A DNA stretch of 64,000 bases from the NCBI GenBank assembly GCA_030390025.1, contig CM059432.1, positions 101,744,001 through 101,808,000 on the forward strand, given 5' to 3'. Positions 13,065 to 25,629 of the stretch are shown piece after piece; the first letter of the stretch is position 1, and every line of letters begins with the position of its first letter. The notes under the pieces are model-generated. The model made no database searches. It worked only from the letters and a program-made list of their open reading frames with translations, and was not told where the DNA came from. Made by a program: the position numbers and the translations under genes. This DNA comes from Squalus acanthias (Eukaryota).

Positions 13065-13417
13065 CAGGAAACTCTTTTAACCGACACCTAAATATCCGGA
13101 AATCTCTCTTACCCGGCAAAATTCAGGAGTAGGTTCAGGTAAGATTTACTATATATTAGTGGCCGTGTAACCGGGGTTCCTGGATCTGTGGCCGTGTAAC
13201 CGGGGTTCCTGCACCTGTGGCCGTGCACCAGGGACTCCTGGATCTGTGGCCGTGTAACCGGGACTCCTGTACAAGTGCCGTGTAACCGGGGCTCCTGCAC
13301 CTGTGGCCGTGTACGGGGCTCTCGTACCTTGGTAAGTATACCTCTCTGTAATCCGGACTTTTTGATCAACCGGCACCATGCCGGTCCCGTCGGTGCCGGT
13401 TAATAAAGAGTTTCCTG
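13065..13417. mobile_element. Tc1/mariner (Tigger/pogo-like) MITE
   Basis: TIRs CAGGAAACTCTTTTAACCGACACC / GGTGCCGGTTAATAAAGAGTTTCCTG flanked by TA on both sides. Confidence 0.85.
13159..13329. repeat. 29-bp minisatellite, about 6 copies
   Basis: Unit GTGGCCGTGTAACCGGGGTTCCTGGATCT repeated head-to-tail with variants. Confidence 0.92.
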
Positions 13418-13429
13418 TACTGTGATTTA

Positions 13430-13825
13430 AAGAAAGAACTTGCACTGAGATAGTGCCTTTCATGACCTCAGGATGTCCGAAAGTGCTTTACAGCCAATGA
13501 AGTACTTTTTGAAGCGTAGTCACTGTAGTAATGTAGGAAACGCGGCTGCCAATTTGCATACAACATGATCCCACAAACAGCAATGGGCTAAATGACCAGA
13601 TCATCTGTTTTTAGTGATGTTGGTTGAGCAATAAATATTGGCCAGAACACCAGGGAAACTCCCCTGCTCTTCTTCGAATAGTGCCATGGGATCTTTTAGG
13701 CTCACCTGAGAGGGCAGATGGAGCTTCGGCGTAACGTCCCATTCGAAAGCCGGCACCTCCAACAGCGTAGCACTTCCTCTTTACTGCACTGGAATTTCAG
13801 CCTAGAATATTTGCTCAAGTCTTAC
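13430..13825 (-). mobile_element. Deu-domain SINE (SacSINE1/AmnSINE1-like)
   Basis: Reverse complement of the 14100 copy including the Deu core and L2-type tail. Confidence 0.85.
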
Positions 13826-14099
13826 ACCTAAAGCAGCATGGCAAAAATCATAGTGAAGAGCAGCCAAATCTCACAGTGAACTGGCTCCACTGAGACCTGC
13901 CAAAGAAATTGGTACTGCAGGTGTGCTGTTGTTTCAGTTCTATAAAAAGCTGAAGCCCAGTGCATAACATATCACAATTGAATGACATCCTGGCCCAGGT
14001 GTCCTGCTTTAGTGGAATTGGGGTGCAGCTCCGCATGATAAAACTTCTAGTCGCCACACAGATGCACACACTTGACCCTCTGATCTTCCAGACTCTAAG

Positions 14100-14545
14100 T
14101 TAGCTGTGGCTCAATAGGTAGCATTCTCGCCTCCGAGTCAGAAGGTTGTGGTTTTCAGCCCCTCTCCAACGACTTGGGCACAAAATCTAGGCTGACACTC
14201 CAGTGCAGTACCGAGGGAGTGCTGCACTGTCGAAGGTGCCGTCTTTCGAATGAGGCGTTAAACTGAGGCCCTGTCTGCTCTCTCAGCTGGATGTAAAAGA
14301 GCCCATGGCACTATTTCGAAGAAGAGCAGAGGAGTTATCCCCAGTGTCCTGGCCAATATTTATCCCTCAACCAAAATCACTAAAACAGATTATCTGGTCA
14401 TTATTTAATTGCTGTTTGTGGGATCTTGCTGTGTGCAAATTAGCTGCTGCGTTTCTCTACATTACAACAGTGACTACACTTCAAAAGTAAAACACTTTGG
14501 GACATCCTGATGTGTGAAAAGCTCTATATGAATGCAAGTCTTTTC
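14100..14545 (+). mobile_element. Deu-domain SINE (SacSINE1/AmnSINE1-like), near full length
   Basis: tRNA-like head, core CCCATGGCACTATTTCGAAGAAGAGCAG...TTGCTGTTTGTGGGATCTTGCTGTG, tail resembling the L2 3' end at 52470-52520. Confidence 0.88.
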
Positions 14546-15012
14546 TTCTTTCTTTTAAATATTTTTGGTGTTTTCCTCAGTCTTTTGCCAAGGAGTTTAC
14601 CAGGTGTGATTTTTTTTAATTTGGGCACTCTGGCCCCATAGCAACACTGGGCACCAGAAAGAACAAACCATGCTCTGCCCTTGATACAAATGACAGAAAA
14701 TACATCAGATGACTTATTGTCCATTATTTGCATATGTTTACAATATGCACATCCAGATATGCAACCATGAGAGGTGTATTATAAGCCAAGTATTCCTTCC
14801 TGTGGGAAATCAGAGGGATGGAAAAGTGAAGAGGGATGCAGCAGAGTGCATTCCTAACCCATTTCCTGCTCTGTTTCCAACAAAAAGCCAGTGGAGTGAG
14901 GGCGGGAAATCCCAGCCCCAAATCGACATGGTGGCCGATGTCAAATCTCTGGGGCAAGTACACTCATGGCTGTAAGTAGATGTAACATATGTGCAGCTGG
15001 TTTGTACTTTTC

Positions 15013-15785
15013 GGGGGAAAAATTCAGCTGCTTGCGCCTCCCGTTAGCGCCTTAAGAGGGCGCTAATGGGGCGTAAAGCAGCTAACGCCCAGGCGCAGCG
15101 CCGCCCACGCCTCCCGTAAAATTCAGCGGGAGGTTAGCGGCGGCGCCAGCTGGTAGCGCCCTGTGGCGCTGCGCCGCCGGCGATGACGTCATCGCCGTGC
15201 GCAGCACCCCGCTCGCGCTCCAGCCGCGATCTTCAGTCGCGCCCCCTGATTTACCGCCAGACGCTATGTCCGACGGGTTCAGGGAGGCGTACGTGCGGCC
15301 GGGGCGGCGATAGTTAAAGGGGAGGTGGCAGGCGGCCATTTTTGTTGCTGGCCGCCTGCCAGCACCTGCCCCCGTTGCTGTCCCCGGCCCCCGTGAAGCC
15401 CCCCCACCGTGAAGTGCTGGCTGCGCTCCAAGAGCCCGGCACTTCTCTTGAGTGCCGGGCTCTTTTGCCGGCACTCCCGATCCCTGGGGGCCCAGCTGGG
15501 CCCCGGTTCGCGCTGCGCAGGGTCCCTCCCCTTTAAGAAGGGGAGGAAGGCCTGCAGTACCGCGGCGCGACGTGCCGCAGCGCCTGGCGCTGCGGCACGT
15601 AGCGCCAGGATATTCCCTCGCAGCGCCCCAAGAGGGATGCGGGGTGCTTCCAGTGGCGCCCCGCTTCCCTCTTGGGGCGCAACCACTGAAGTTCCGGCGC
15701 GGGGCCGCTAATTTTTTCGGGGCGCTAAAAGTCACACCCCGGCGAGGTTAGCGCCCCAAATGGGGCGCGACTCAATTTTTACCCC
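15013..15785 (+). mobile_element. GC/CpG-rich Harbinger-type MITE (family A)
   Basis: TIRs GGGGGAAAAATT / AATTTTTACCCC, many subterminal TTAGCGCC/GGCGCTAA motifs. Confidence 0.85.
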
Positions 15786-17689
15786 GATTGGGTTCTCCAG
15801 CTCTAATTTCCTACAAAATTAAGAGCTCTAATACAAATGTATAAGCATGTACAAGACATAACATGGTATATAGGTGGCAAGTCTTGTATTGGATTTGGGG
15901 CATAGTATCAGCAGTTGTGTGGAACTGAAGAAAGACTAAAAAAGTCACCTCTTTGATAGATCTCAGTGGCAGTAGTGGAACTAATTCAGTGTGAAGCTTG
16001 GCCTATAACTTTTTGCAATGAATTTCTACTGCATTAGGTGTACTCAGATTTTTTTTTTAAAGAGCGCTTTATAAATAAAAGGCATTTTTGTTGTTGGTTT
16101 ACAAAACAAAGGGCAAAGATAAAGTTGAAGCCTCCCACTTTCCCATTATGGACATGAATGCATGGAGGAGAGGTATTACAATGTTTATTTCTTTTTTCAC
16201 ATTAAAAGTTATAGCCAAAGATGTCTATCATAAAAAGAAAAAAAAACAACCATTTGAAATTGTACTCGACTACAATGTTGCTTTATTATGCAACTACCAA
16301 AGTTATGCAGTGCAATAACACAAGCATCTACTGGACTGACATTTTGCTCTGTTACATTTGAAACTCTGTTGAAATTGTTAAAATGTTCAGATTTTGTTGC
16401 CATAACTTATCTAGCACACAGAATTATCTTTGCCATAATTCACCAATGACAACATTATCACTGAACAATATTTCACAGATGCCATTTTGAATGCACATGA
16501 CATTTAACTAATTTCCTTTTTCATCTCATTTATTATGGTTGGCAGCTGTGAATAATATCCAATACTGATGTTCCCAGGATATTGATTTTCTGTGACTTTC
16601 TTGACAGTTATGTCAAATAAAAGAAATTAATCAATCTATTTCAATCAACCCTTAAAATATTGGTAAATTCTTCCATGTATCAACTATACAAAAGGCCAGC
16701 AACTATTGTTATAACAATCATTAGAAGGACATAAAATATTACGGTGGTTTGCCATAATGGCCTTATCACAGATGTAGGCCACTAATTTTGAAATATAAAG
16801 TATAACATTTTAGAGTTATTTAATGATTGTAAACACATTTGGTTATTAAAATTAATGAAAAAAGCTGCACAAAATTATTTCAAGTATCATACACAGAAGA
16901 CACATGATGAAGACCGAAGGGATATTAAGTATATCCCATGAATAGGCTGGTGTGATCATTTATACATAACAAAGATGCAAGTGAGTTATGGTAAGTAAAA
17001 CAAATGGGATACAAATAGAGATCCACACTGTATACACCATGTTAGATATGTAATTCAAATGATAAGAACTAGATGAAAGATGCTCACTTTAAATGCAAAC
17101 TAACTAGTAATTATGAGCTGTGGTCTTGTTCTGGTGATTTCACCGTGAATGAATTTTTTGCTGTCTGTTATTTGTTGTCAATTATGATACCATCTCCCAG
17201 CAATAAAAAAGGTATTTCATGGAGATGATGCAATAAATATCCTTAGCACATGGGATAACAGATGGCTTGGAATGTATTCTAAGGCAGTAACATATTGAGG
17301 TGTTCAGATAATGAAGTGCGAGTGATTTATCAATGTCACCTCAATGCCCAAGATGCATTACTGCTTTAAAACACACTCTTATTCACCCTAATACAGCTAT
17401 AGTTATCATTCGCTAATAAGGGAAATCAGTCAGCTAAGCTGAGCAATAAGTTACCTCAAGTGAAAAAATGATAGATGAAATTAACCTATGAGACACAAAC
17501 TCCAGTGATACTGTACAACTAGACTCTTCTCACAACGAAGAAGACTTTTTAAACAAAAAGTTGGCCGAATGACATGGGAAAATATCGTACCTTTAATTAT
17601 CCACCTAAAACACCAGAACAGGAAATCAGCCTGACTTCAGGAACAGTTCTTGACTTTAGTGCAATACTAGTGCTAGCATGGAACAGTTG

Positions 17690-17905
17690 GATTGTAGGTT
17701 CAAGCCTCTGAACACAAAATATAATTTGGCACTTCAGTACTGTACTGAAGCAGTACTGCGCTTTCAGAGATATTATCCTTCGGAAGTGACATTCATCTTC
17801 AGCCTGCTCTGATAGTTCTGGTTCAAGTTGACATTAAAGATGCCATGGCACTATTTAAAGAAGAGGAGAGTGTCCTTCTGGCAAAGATTCCTCTCTCACT
17901 TATTG
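17690..17905 (+). mobile_element. Degenerate Deu-domain SINE fragment
   Basis: AAAGATGCCATGGCACTATTTAAAGAAGAG matches the Deu core. Confidence 0.6.
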
Positions 17906-18621
17906 ATTTTCTTCTCATAAACCCTACCTGTCGCAGATATGCCTCCCCACAATAGCATTGGTAGTAATAAGCACTGCATAGTCACTGCAGGAATCACCCT
18001 CACCCTAACTAAATTGCTCCAGTGCAACAATGACAATGATATCTACCCAACAATGTGAAAATTTGCTGAGTTATGTGCTATCCATTTTCTGGAAAATTGT
18101 GGCATACCTATGGCGGCATTACACTGTTATTTTATGAAGGAATTTGTGCGTAACTGATTTCTGATGGTTTTACCCTGAAATATTGGTCTGTGCAAATTTC
18201 CTCTATCATTTCACTTCCGAGATACATCCACCAAATCCCTCTGACGCTCATTTACATAGCTCTGCCCCCCATGCAAAAGATGAACTGAGGCGAGTTTCCT
18301 GGATTTACATGAATAATATGCTGATTAGATTGGCAGTTTGATAATTATGTTCTTTGTAATTTTGTTTTAATTTTTCTTACTGAGACCTGCACTTTACTTA
18401 ACCAAAACGCTGTGAGCCTCAGTGCACTCAAACATTTTCCAACCCCCGACCACCACCTGTTCAGAAGGACTAACCAGCTAGAATTGCCTTTCCAAGGGGC
18501 ATATCCCTGTTGTGCATAAAAACAGAAGAGGAAGAGGAGCAGCAGAGGTAAGAGACTCGGAGAGTGAGGTATCTTAGCAGAAGGTAACAACAGAGTGCAA
18601 TTGTTAGCACAGCAACACAAT

Positions 18622-19123
18622 GGCTGGAAAATTCCTCAGAGGTGTTCTCACTTAGATGGAGATGCGGCAGAAATTTTTAATCTTTAAAATTAGGAAGAGG
18701 TAGATGTAGAGAAAAAGCTTCCACTTGTGGGGGAGTCTAAAAGCAGGGGTCATAAAAATAAAATAGTTACTAATAAATCCAATAACAAATTCAGGAGAAT
18801 TTTTTTTACTCAGAGTGGTGAAAATGTGGAACCAGCTACCATATGGAATGGTTGAGGCAAATAGTATAGATGCATTTAATGGGAAGCTAGATAAGTACAT
18901 GAGGGAGGAAAGAATAGATGATTAAGTTGATAGGGTGAGATGAAGTAAGGTGCAAGGAGGCTTGTGTGGAGTATAAACACCAGAATAGACCTGCTGGGCC
19001 AAAAGGGCTGTTTCTGTGCTGTAAATACTGTGTAATTCTATGTAGAAACTCTGTGGGTTTCCTTCACACTTCTGGCGAAGTAATACCGGCAGAGGAGGAG
19101 CAGCTGCAAGGAATTTTCTGGCC
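18622..19123. mobile_element. Short Harbinger-type MITE interrupted by a CR1 3' fragment (about 18692-19043, +)
   Basis: TIRs GGCTGGAAAATTCCT / AGGAATTTTCTGGCC; the internal segment is a CR1 C-terminus plus tail. Confidence 0.7.
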
Positions 19124-19196
19124 AAAATTGCATCTGATAGAGATGTACCCTCAGAAGGTAAATCAGAATGAGTCAGACTTTAACAATGTTAACATT

Positions 19197-19970
19197 GTGC
19201 CAGATTTTTCTGGAGCAGGACATATCACGGCATGTCCTGTTAGACCTACAATTGCACGTTTAGGTTTTAAAAACTTTTGTCCACAAAGTTGCTGGAAGTG
19301 CGAGCTGATAATGGCGCAGCGAGGGCAACAGGGCATCTGGGACCCTGGTGAACAATGGGACAAACAGTGTATCTCCTTAACCAATGAGATTTAAGAATTG
19401 TGAAATAAAGAAAGGACTAAGAGGGAGGGTGAATTCGAGTGGGTAAATTCAATGTTAAATCAGGTACAGAAAGAGAAATAAAGAGAAGGGAAAAAAGATT
19501 GAATTAAGGGAGTGAAAAAAAGGGACAGAAAGGAAAAGTAAGAAAAAACATTCAAAAATGTAAAATTTGACATTTTTAAAATCTGCTAAAACTATTCACA
19601 ACAAGAAATGAAACTCCACATTTATAATTGTTTATTTTCTGGGCAAGAGATGTTGATTGGCAGTCATTAACAATTATCATGCTGTTAAAAGGGTACTTAT
19701 GCTGATAATTACTAGACTTAACTTTCTGTGGTGCGTTTAATGACCAATTAATGTGCAAATACAGCAACTTCATGAAAATGACGGGGAGGTCAAGCAAGAG
19801 ATGTTGTTTTCATGAAGGTAACGGTGGAGCGGCGCAAATCGGCCAGCAACTTGTGCCAATTCACAATTCACGGGGTATCTTTTACTCGCTCCAATTTGCT
19901 GGACCATTTGTGCATTAATAATGGTGTGCGTCATTCAGACGCCGTTATTTTTTTCAGCAAAATCGGTCCC
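19197..19970. mobile_element. Older Harbinger-type MITE
   Basis: Imperfect TIRs GTGCCAGATTTTTCTG / CAGCAAAATCGGTCCC; flanks ATT/AAT; AT-rich core. Confidence 0.55.
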
Positions 19971-20544
19971 AATGGCTTTTTGACACTAGTGTTGGATGCT
20001 GCCCAAATTGACACTATGGTGAAGGTGTGCAAATTAATCTTTGTTCCTGTACATAGCAACAGAGCCGCTGCCTTTTCATTTGCATGTAGAAATGAAAGGC
20101 TAAATCAGGAATAAGTTCCTCTCCAGTAGGCCTGGTAGTAAAATGTCATGGATCTCAACTGGACAATTGTAAAGTCAAACCCAGATTTATTTGAGTTTCC
20201 CACTTCCTTACCCTCATCACGCAAGTTTTGGTGGTTCTTCCCAAACCACTAAATGATGCAGCACTGCTGCTATGAAACATCAGTATGCTCTAATTCACAC
20301 TCCACACATACACATCAATGGCATAACAGACAAATGGAGTATGTGTAAAATTAGCTCCTAGAGTTGTACACAAATGGGCAACAATTGGTGGCACTGCATT
20401 TGTGCTTGTTTTACGCTTGTTTGTACAAATGAGCGCTGCAGGATATTGAGCGTAAGTTCGTTTCACCAAGATCAGTACAGAAATTGGTGTAAGTTTTGGC
20501 TTAATTTCTGTGCAAGTGCGATTCAGGATATTTGGGGCCAATAA

Positions 20545-20900
20545 AGCTAACCCAGTCAATTACTGCCCTACCAACCTCCTCCCAATCATCAGCAAAATGA
20601 TGGAATGAGTCACAGTAGTGCCATCAAATGACATTTACACACCACTAACTGCCAGAACCTCTCAGCTCCAGACCTCACCATAGCCTTGATCCAGGAGAGG
20701 TGAGACACCAAGGAGCCTGAGCAAAACTGAGGTCTTTGAGTATCAAAGGGCTGGAGTTACTCCTAATAGAAAAAGAAGACCGTTATGGTTGTCAAACGCC
20801 AATCATTGCAGCCCCAGGACATTGCTGCAAGAATTTCTCAAAGCAGATCCCTGGCCCAACCATCTTCAAAGTATCAATGCATTACTTATCATGCTACCTG
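20545..20900 (+). mobile_element. Degraded fragment of the second non-LTR family (as at 32648 and 46365)
   Basis: Nucleotide similarity to the 46365-46840 RT region (ATCATCAGCAAAATGATGGAA, CCTGGCCCAACCATCTTCA). Confidence 0.6.
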
Positions 20901-22996
20901 TTCTCTATAATTCTCAATTATTAATAGGTGCCTCACAATTAATAGCCATGACATTGTCAACCACTGACTACAATAACCCATGATTCTTATGGATTGTCTA
21001 AGTTACTTGTAAGAGGGTGGACGTCCAAAAGGCTGCTTTAAAAACTGAATCAATTTATTTTTGACAAATGTATTTGCAAATACGTTATAAATCATTTTTT
21101 GAGTGCCTGAAAATGATTTATAATGCATTACATTTTCAACTCTGTTTTTTACCTTCACTCTGGTGATGAAAGTGATAGTGCTCACTGTGAAAAGGTCATT
21201 GTCAATCCAAGTCCACAATTCTTCACACCACCAATGTAATCACCAAGGAGAAGGTAAAAAGTATATATACATATTTAAATATACACTAAAGTGTTTTGCG
21301 CTCAAATGTAATCACAGTCCATGCTTAAGTTACAAGTATATATATTCCTCTTCAATCATGTAGCAAAGATTAATAAGTCAGACACCACAATTTCATACAA
21401 GATTCCCCAAGTAAAAATAACCTCCACTCCCCCACAAAAAAATTATCTACCTCTTCAATAAAATGAGATATTCATATTCATTTCAGTGACATCCTCTAAT
21501 ATTGGGCCATTAATTCAGTACTTTATTTTATACATTCGATAACTCCAGTATTTACGGCTGTTTCCTTTCTCCCTGTCTGATTGGATCTTGTCAAAACAGT
21601 CCTCATGTAAAATATTGTTTCCTACAACCCAATCATTTTCTGTTACAGAATCACCACCAGGAAAGGTCACTGCACCCAGTGGAATCATGACTGTGATCAG
21701 AAAGTGTCTCATTCAGTAAGTGACAATCCTAAATGATAGAAGTGTCTTAAACTTTTCTGTTCTTTCCATCCCTCTACCCCCACAGCCCCCACCCTTGTTT
21801 GAAAAGATAAAGCAGGGAAAGTCCCCGAAGACTGCACCAATATCTTGAAAGCTAAAATGTACAATGCTCACTCACATGTTAAGCAAGAGGCTAGTTTGAA
21901 TCTTCCCTAAAACAAGAGAAAGACAATTACAGTATTGGTCTAATCCCTGTTATCCAATTGTTTTATTAAGCAAATACTCTGTAATGATTGGGGAATTAAT
22001 CTCTGCTTGAACAAATGTTCCATTTAAACATTCACTCCCATTAACTGTTATGTATTTTATCTAAAAAATCCATTAAATCCCAGAGTCTACAGTACAGATT
22101 CTTTGTAAAGGCAAATTGCAGGACACAATGGCACTGCATGATAGGAATACCAACCTCTTAACATTGGATGTTTTATTTCACAACAACACCATGTATTGTT
22201 ACGGACAGGCACCGCCGAGTCATAAATCAAATGTGTAATATCATCAGCGCTTTTAAGATTACTTTGAAAGTTTAATTTAAGATCTTGAGAAACAGCAGTT
22301 ATTATTACCTTTAACATAGACACCATAGGAAATAAATGCATGTTCTTTTTTGCTCTGAAGTACAAGATGCTCTACTTCAAATCAGATAATAGTATGGACT
22401 CTGACCCCTTTAGATATGATCTTTATAGCACTACTTCCACACCATTATATGGAAACTGAAATGAACAGGCTCAATAGCCCAATTTGACAAACTCGCTAAC
22501 AATCCCCACATTTCACACAAACCTTTTGAATGCTGCTATAGAAACAAGCATACAATCAATGTGCACCACTGTCTTGATCCTGTTTACTCCTTGATTCAGT
22601 GTTGTGTTTCTCACATGCAAATGTCTATACCCCTCGCCATCATATTTAGCCTTCTAAAACCTCAGTTTAAGAATGGGGGATAATTCAAATGCCATAGAGT
22701 CCTTCCAGGTAACAATCACCAGAAACTGCTCCTATTACATATCACATAAAAATAACCTGCTCTCAGACCCAGGTTTCATTCAGGACTGATTCACCCTTGC
22801 ATCTCCCACGCTGTTTATGCATGTAAACGGGGTCTCCACCATACTTCTAGCCAAGTTACAGCAGAGGGGCAGGAGCAGCTCCGAGGAATTTCCTGGTCTA
22901 CGATACCAAACTAAATAAAAAAATTATTTAAGAAGTTTTCAGGACAATATATCATAATTTTTTCAAGGAATTAATAATGTGAAATTTTTAAAAATT

Positions 22997-23898
22997 GGCC
23001 AGGATTTTGCGGTCGGCGGCGTAACTAAGGATTACGCCACCGGCATCTGAACCGAATGCACACTTACCTGCTGGGAACGCTCCATCGAGAAGTTGCTGTC
23101 AGACGCTGTGGAGTAGAGGGCAGCGCAGTGGCCTACCGATCCCAGGGGCGCAGCGTGTGCGTAAGCGTACCTGGGATCACGTGAGCCGGTGCTCCAATCA
23201 GCAAACAGAAGGTCTCTCATTAATACTATTAGAGATCGTAGGGCTATTCTCCATTTATACCTCAGTACTTCGAAAATAAACTTAAATTTGTGATTTGTAG
23301 GTCTTGGTGTGTGCAGAATGCATTGTTATTTTGTAAGTCATCTACATTTTCATTTTTTTCTCCCAGCAAACCATATTAGAAATCTGAGAATAATGCTTTC
23401 TTCAAAAATCTATTGGAAGACAGTTCTTTACTTTTCATGGACATTAAATACTTTTCATTGCCAATAAATGTAACTGTAATAATCCTGTGGGTCACATGTA
23501 AATGCTTCCATTTCCGGCCTCGGAATCTCAAAGATAGCAGCCTCACTCAGAACACCACCCACCTGACGGTAAGTTTGAAAGACTGGCTTGTAGTTTAAGC
23601 TTTTAAAATTAAATATATACTTGGATTTGTCAGGAGGTATCCCTTACACTGTGCAAACAGGCCCTGCGCCTGTTTGCACCAGCCGTAAGATTTTCATACG
23701 TAATTGCTGGGCAGTTTAGCCTGTATCAGCAATTAGGATTTCAATGTTGAAGCGGATGATCTGTCAAGTCGGAACTTGACAGATCGCAGGTTCGGGATTT
23801 AGCGCATGTGCTGGAAATCCTGAACTTGCAGTCTATTTAGAAGGCAGTATGACGGCGTACTCAGAGTACACGGTCATACTGACTACAAATTCTGCCTC
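22997..23898. mobile_element. Harbinger-type MITE related to family D, degenerate or interrupted
   Basis: GGCCAGGATTTTGC start, GGGATCACGTG + CCAAT motif, right part similar to the 60882-61619 copy. Confidence 0.55.
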
Positions 23899-24065
23899 AA
23901 AGTATTAAAGCCACTTACCCTCCAATGAAGGGCCTGCGCTCTCCGTGTTCTCCCTGTTACATTTTATAGGTCTGCCCTGAGAGGTTAAGAGGCCACTTCC
24001 AGAACTATGTCAAAGTCCAGTTTAGTTGGCTTCTGGAAGGTGTGCAATAATGTATCCAATAATAA

Positions 24066-24310
24066 CGTAGAATTACACAGAATGTAAAAGCACAGAAACA
24101 GGCCAATCGACCCAACTGGTCTAAATCGGTGTTTATGTTCCACTCGAGCCTCCTCCCACCCCTCTTCATCTAATCCTATGAACAGATCTTCTATTCCTTT
24201 CTCCCTCATGTGCTTATCTAGCTTCCCCTTAAATTCATCTATGCTATTTGCCTCAACTACTCCCTGTGGGAGTGAGTTCCACATTCTAACCACTCTCTGG
24301 GTAAAGAATA
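24066..24310 (-). mobile_element. CR1 3' fragment
   Basis: FFTQRVVRMWNSLPQGVVEA on minus strand plus tail. Confidence 0.88.
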
Positions 24311-25629
24311 ACATCCACGTCTAATTCCCCCTACCCCACCAGACGGGAGATACAAAAATCTTTTCTGTCTGGTGCAACTTGGATCACGATCTGAGTGTGG
24401 TGGGGACTGAACCCTCTCAGTGCTACTGCTTCAATGTGCAGCACCACCCTACCTCCCACACACTTACATCATTTGTCTTTTAAAATGATGTGTAACAGAA
24501 TTCTACTTATGTTACACAACACTTTAAATCCAGTGTACTTCCAGTCAAAGAAAGCGAACAGCAAGAATTCACCCGCCATAAGACTAGTAATTACTGTTGC
24601 CGATATCAATGGATAAATGCTTAACTCATTCGGATGATATTACTGTGTCTTGATGTTTTAATCAAGGTGTAAAACCATTTACAGGTCAAAGCCTCAGTTA
24701 AAACAGTAAACAGAGCAATGTTATGCAAATGTGTTAAGTGTGTCTAATATCGGCAACAGTAGTTTCTAGCCCACGGGCTTTATTTTGTCAAACAAGAATT
24801 AACTCCAAACTCGGCACAAGAATATCGAGTACTCCACCTAGTGGAGTATTACAACTTTTTCATTAAATTGACATTACTGCACTTCAGAGTTTGCTCTGAA
24901 GGAAGTTATAACCAACCACAAAGGGACCATCTACCACACTGTGGCACACTGTGATTAAACTGCACTAGCGTGCTGCTCTCTAAAATGTGTGCACCAGAGA
25001 CTGAGAATCTGTTATTTGTGCTCAGTCTGAAAGAAAACTTGCTAAATTGTCACCGACTTCGCTTCTGTTTCCTGAGATGTATAACAGTGATGCCATGATT
25101 GATAAGCTGGGTTGCTGAACAGGATAGGAAGGGAAATCTATTGTGTTCAATTGAATTTAGGAAGCTTTGTATTTTAAAAACTAAGCAAGATGTAAACAAC
25201 TAATTTGAGCAGAGTTGCTTATTTTTGTCAGTGCTATTGATTGCAGCAAAAATAATTCGGAGATTGCAGATGTAGATTTACTTTGTGGTAATTCTCCTCT
25301 AACAGCAAATTCAATGATGGGATTTCATTCGTTTCAAAGAAGAATCAATATACTTTATAGGAAAGAAAAGTATGATCAGGCACAAAGAGAACTTCGGGCT
25401 CGGTTTTATACCGATTCAGAGGCAATGAGAAATATCAAAGTAAAATAAAGGACCTGACTGCCGACTCATGTCCCAGCTTTTTGATTGTAACAGTGTTTCT
25501 TGTGTGAAAAACAACCAAGGCACCATGATGAGTTCCTGTGCCACAATACGCCAGCAAACAAATGTAGAGAAACAAAGGTAAATCTTGACTAATCTTCACA
25601 GCGCACCCACTGGCTCTATCCCACATTAC

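Noticed and set aside
13159..13329. CRISPR-like array of 29-bp repeats
   Set aside because: Units are contiguous with no unique spacers, there are no cas genes, and the context is a eukaryotic MITE
15013..15785. CpG island or GC-rich ORFs (217 aa etc.) suggesting a gene promoter
   Set aside because: Bounded by TIRs and repeated elsewhere in the window; the ORFs are a GC-content artefact
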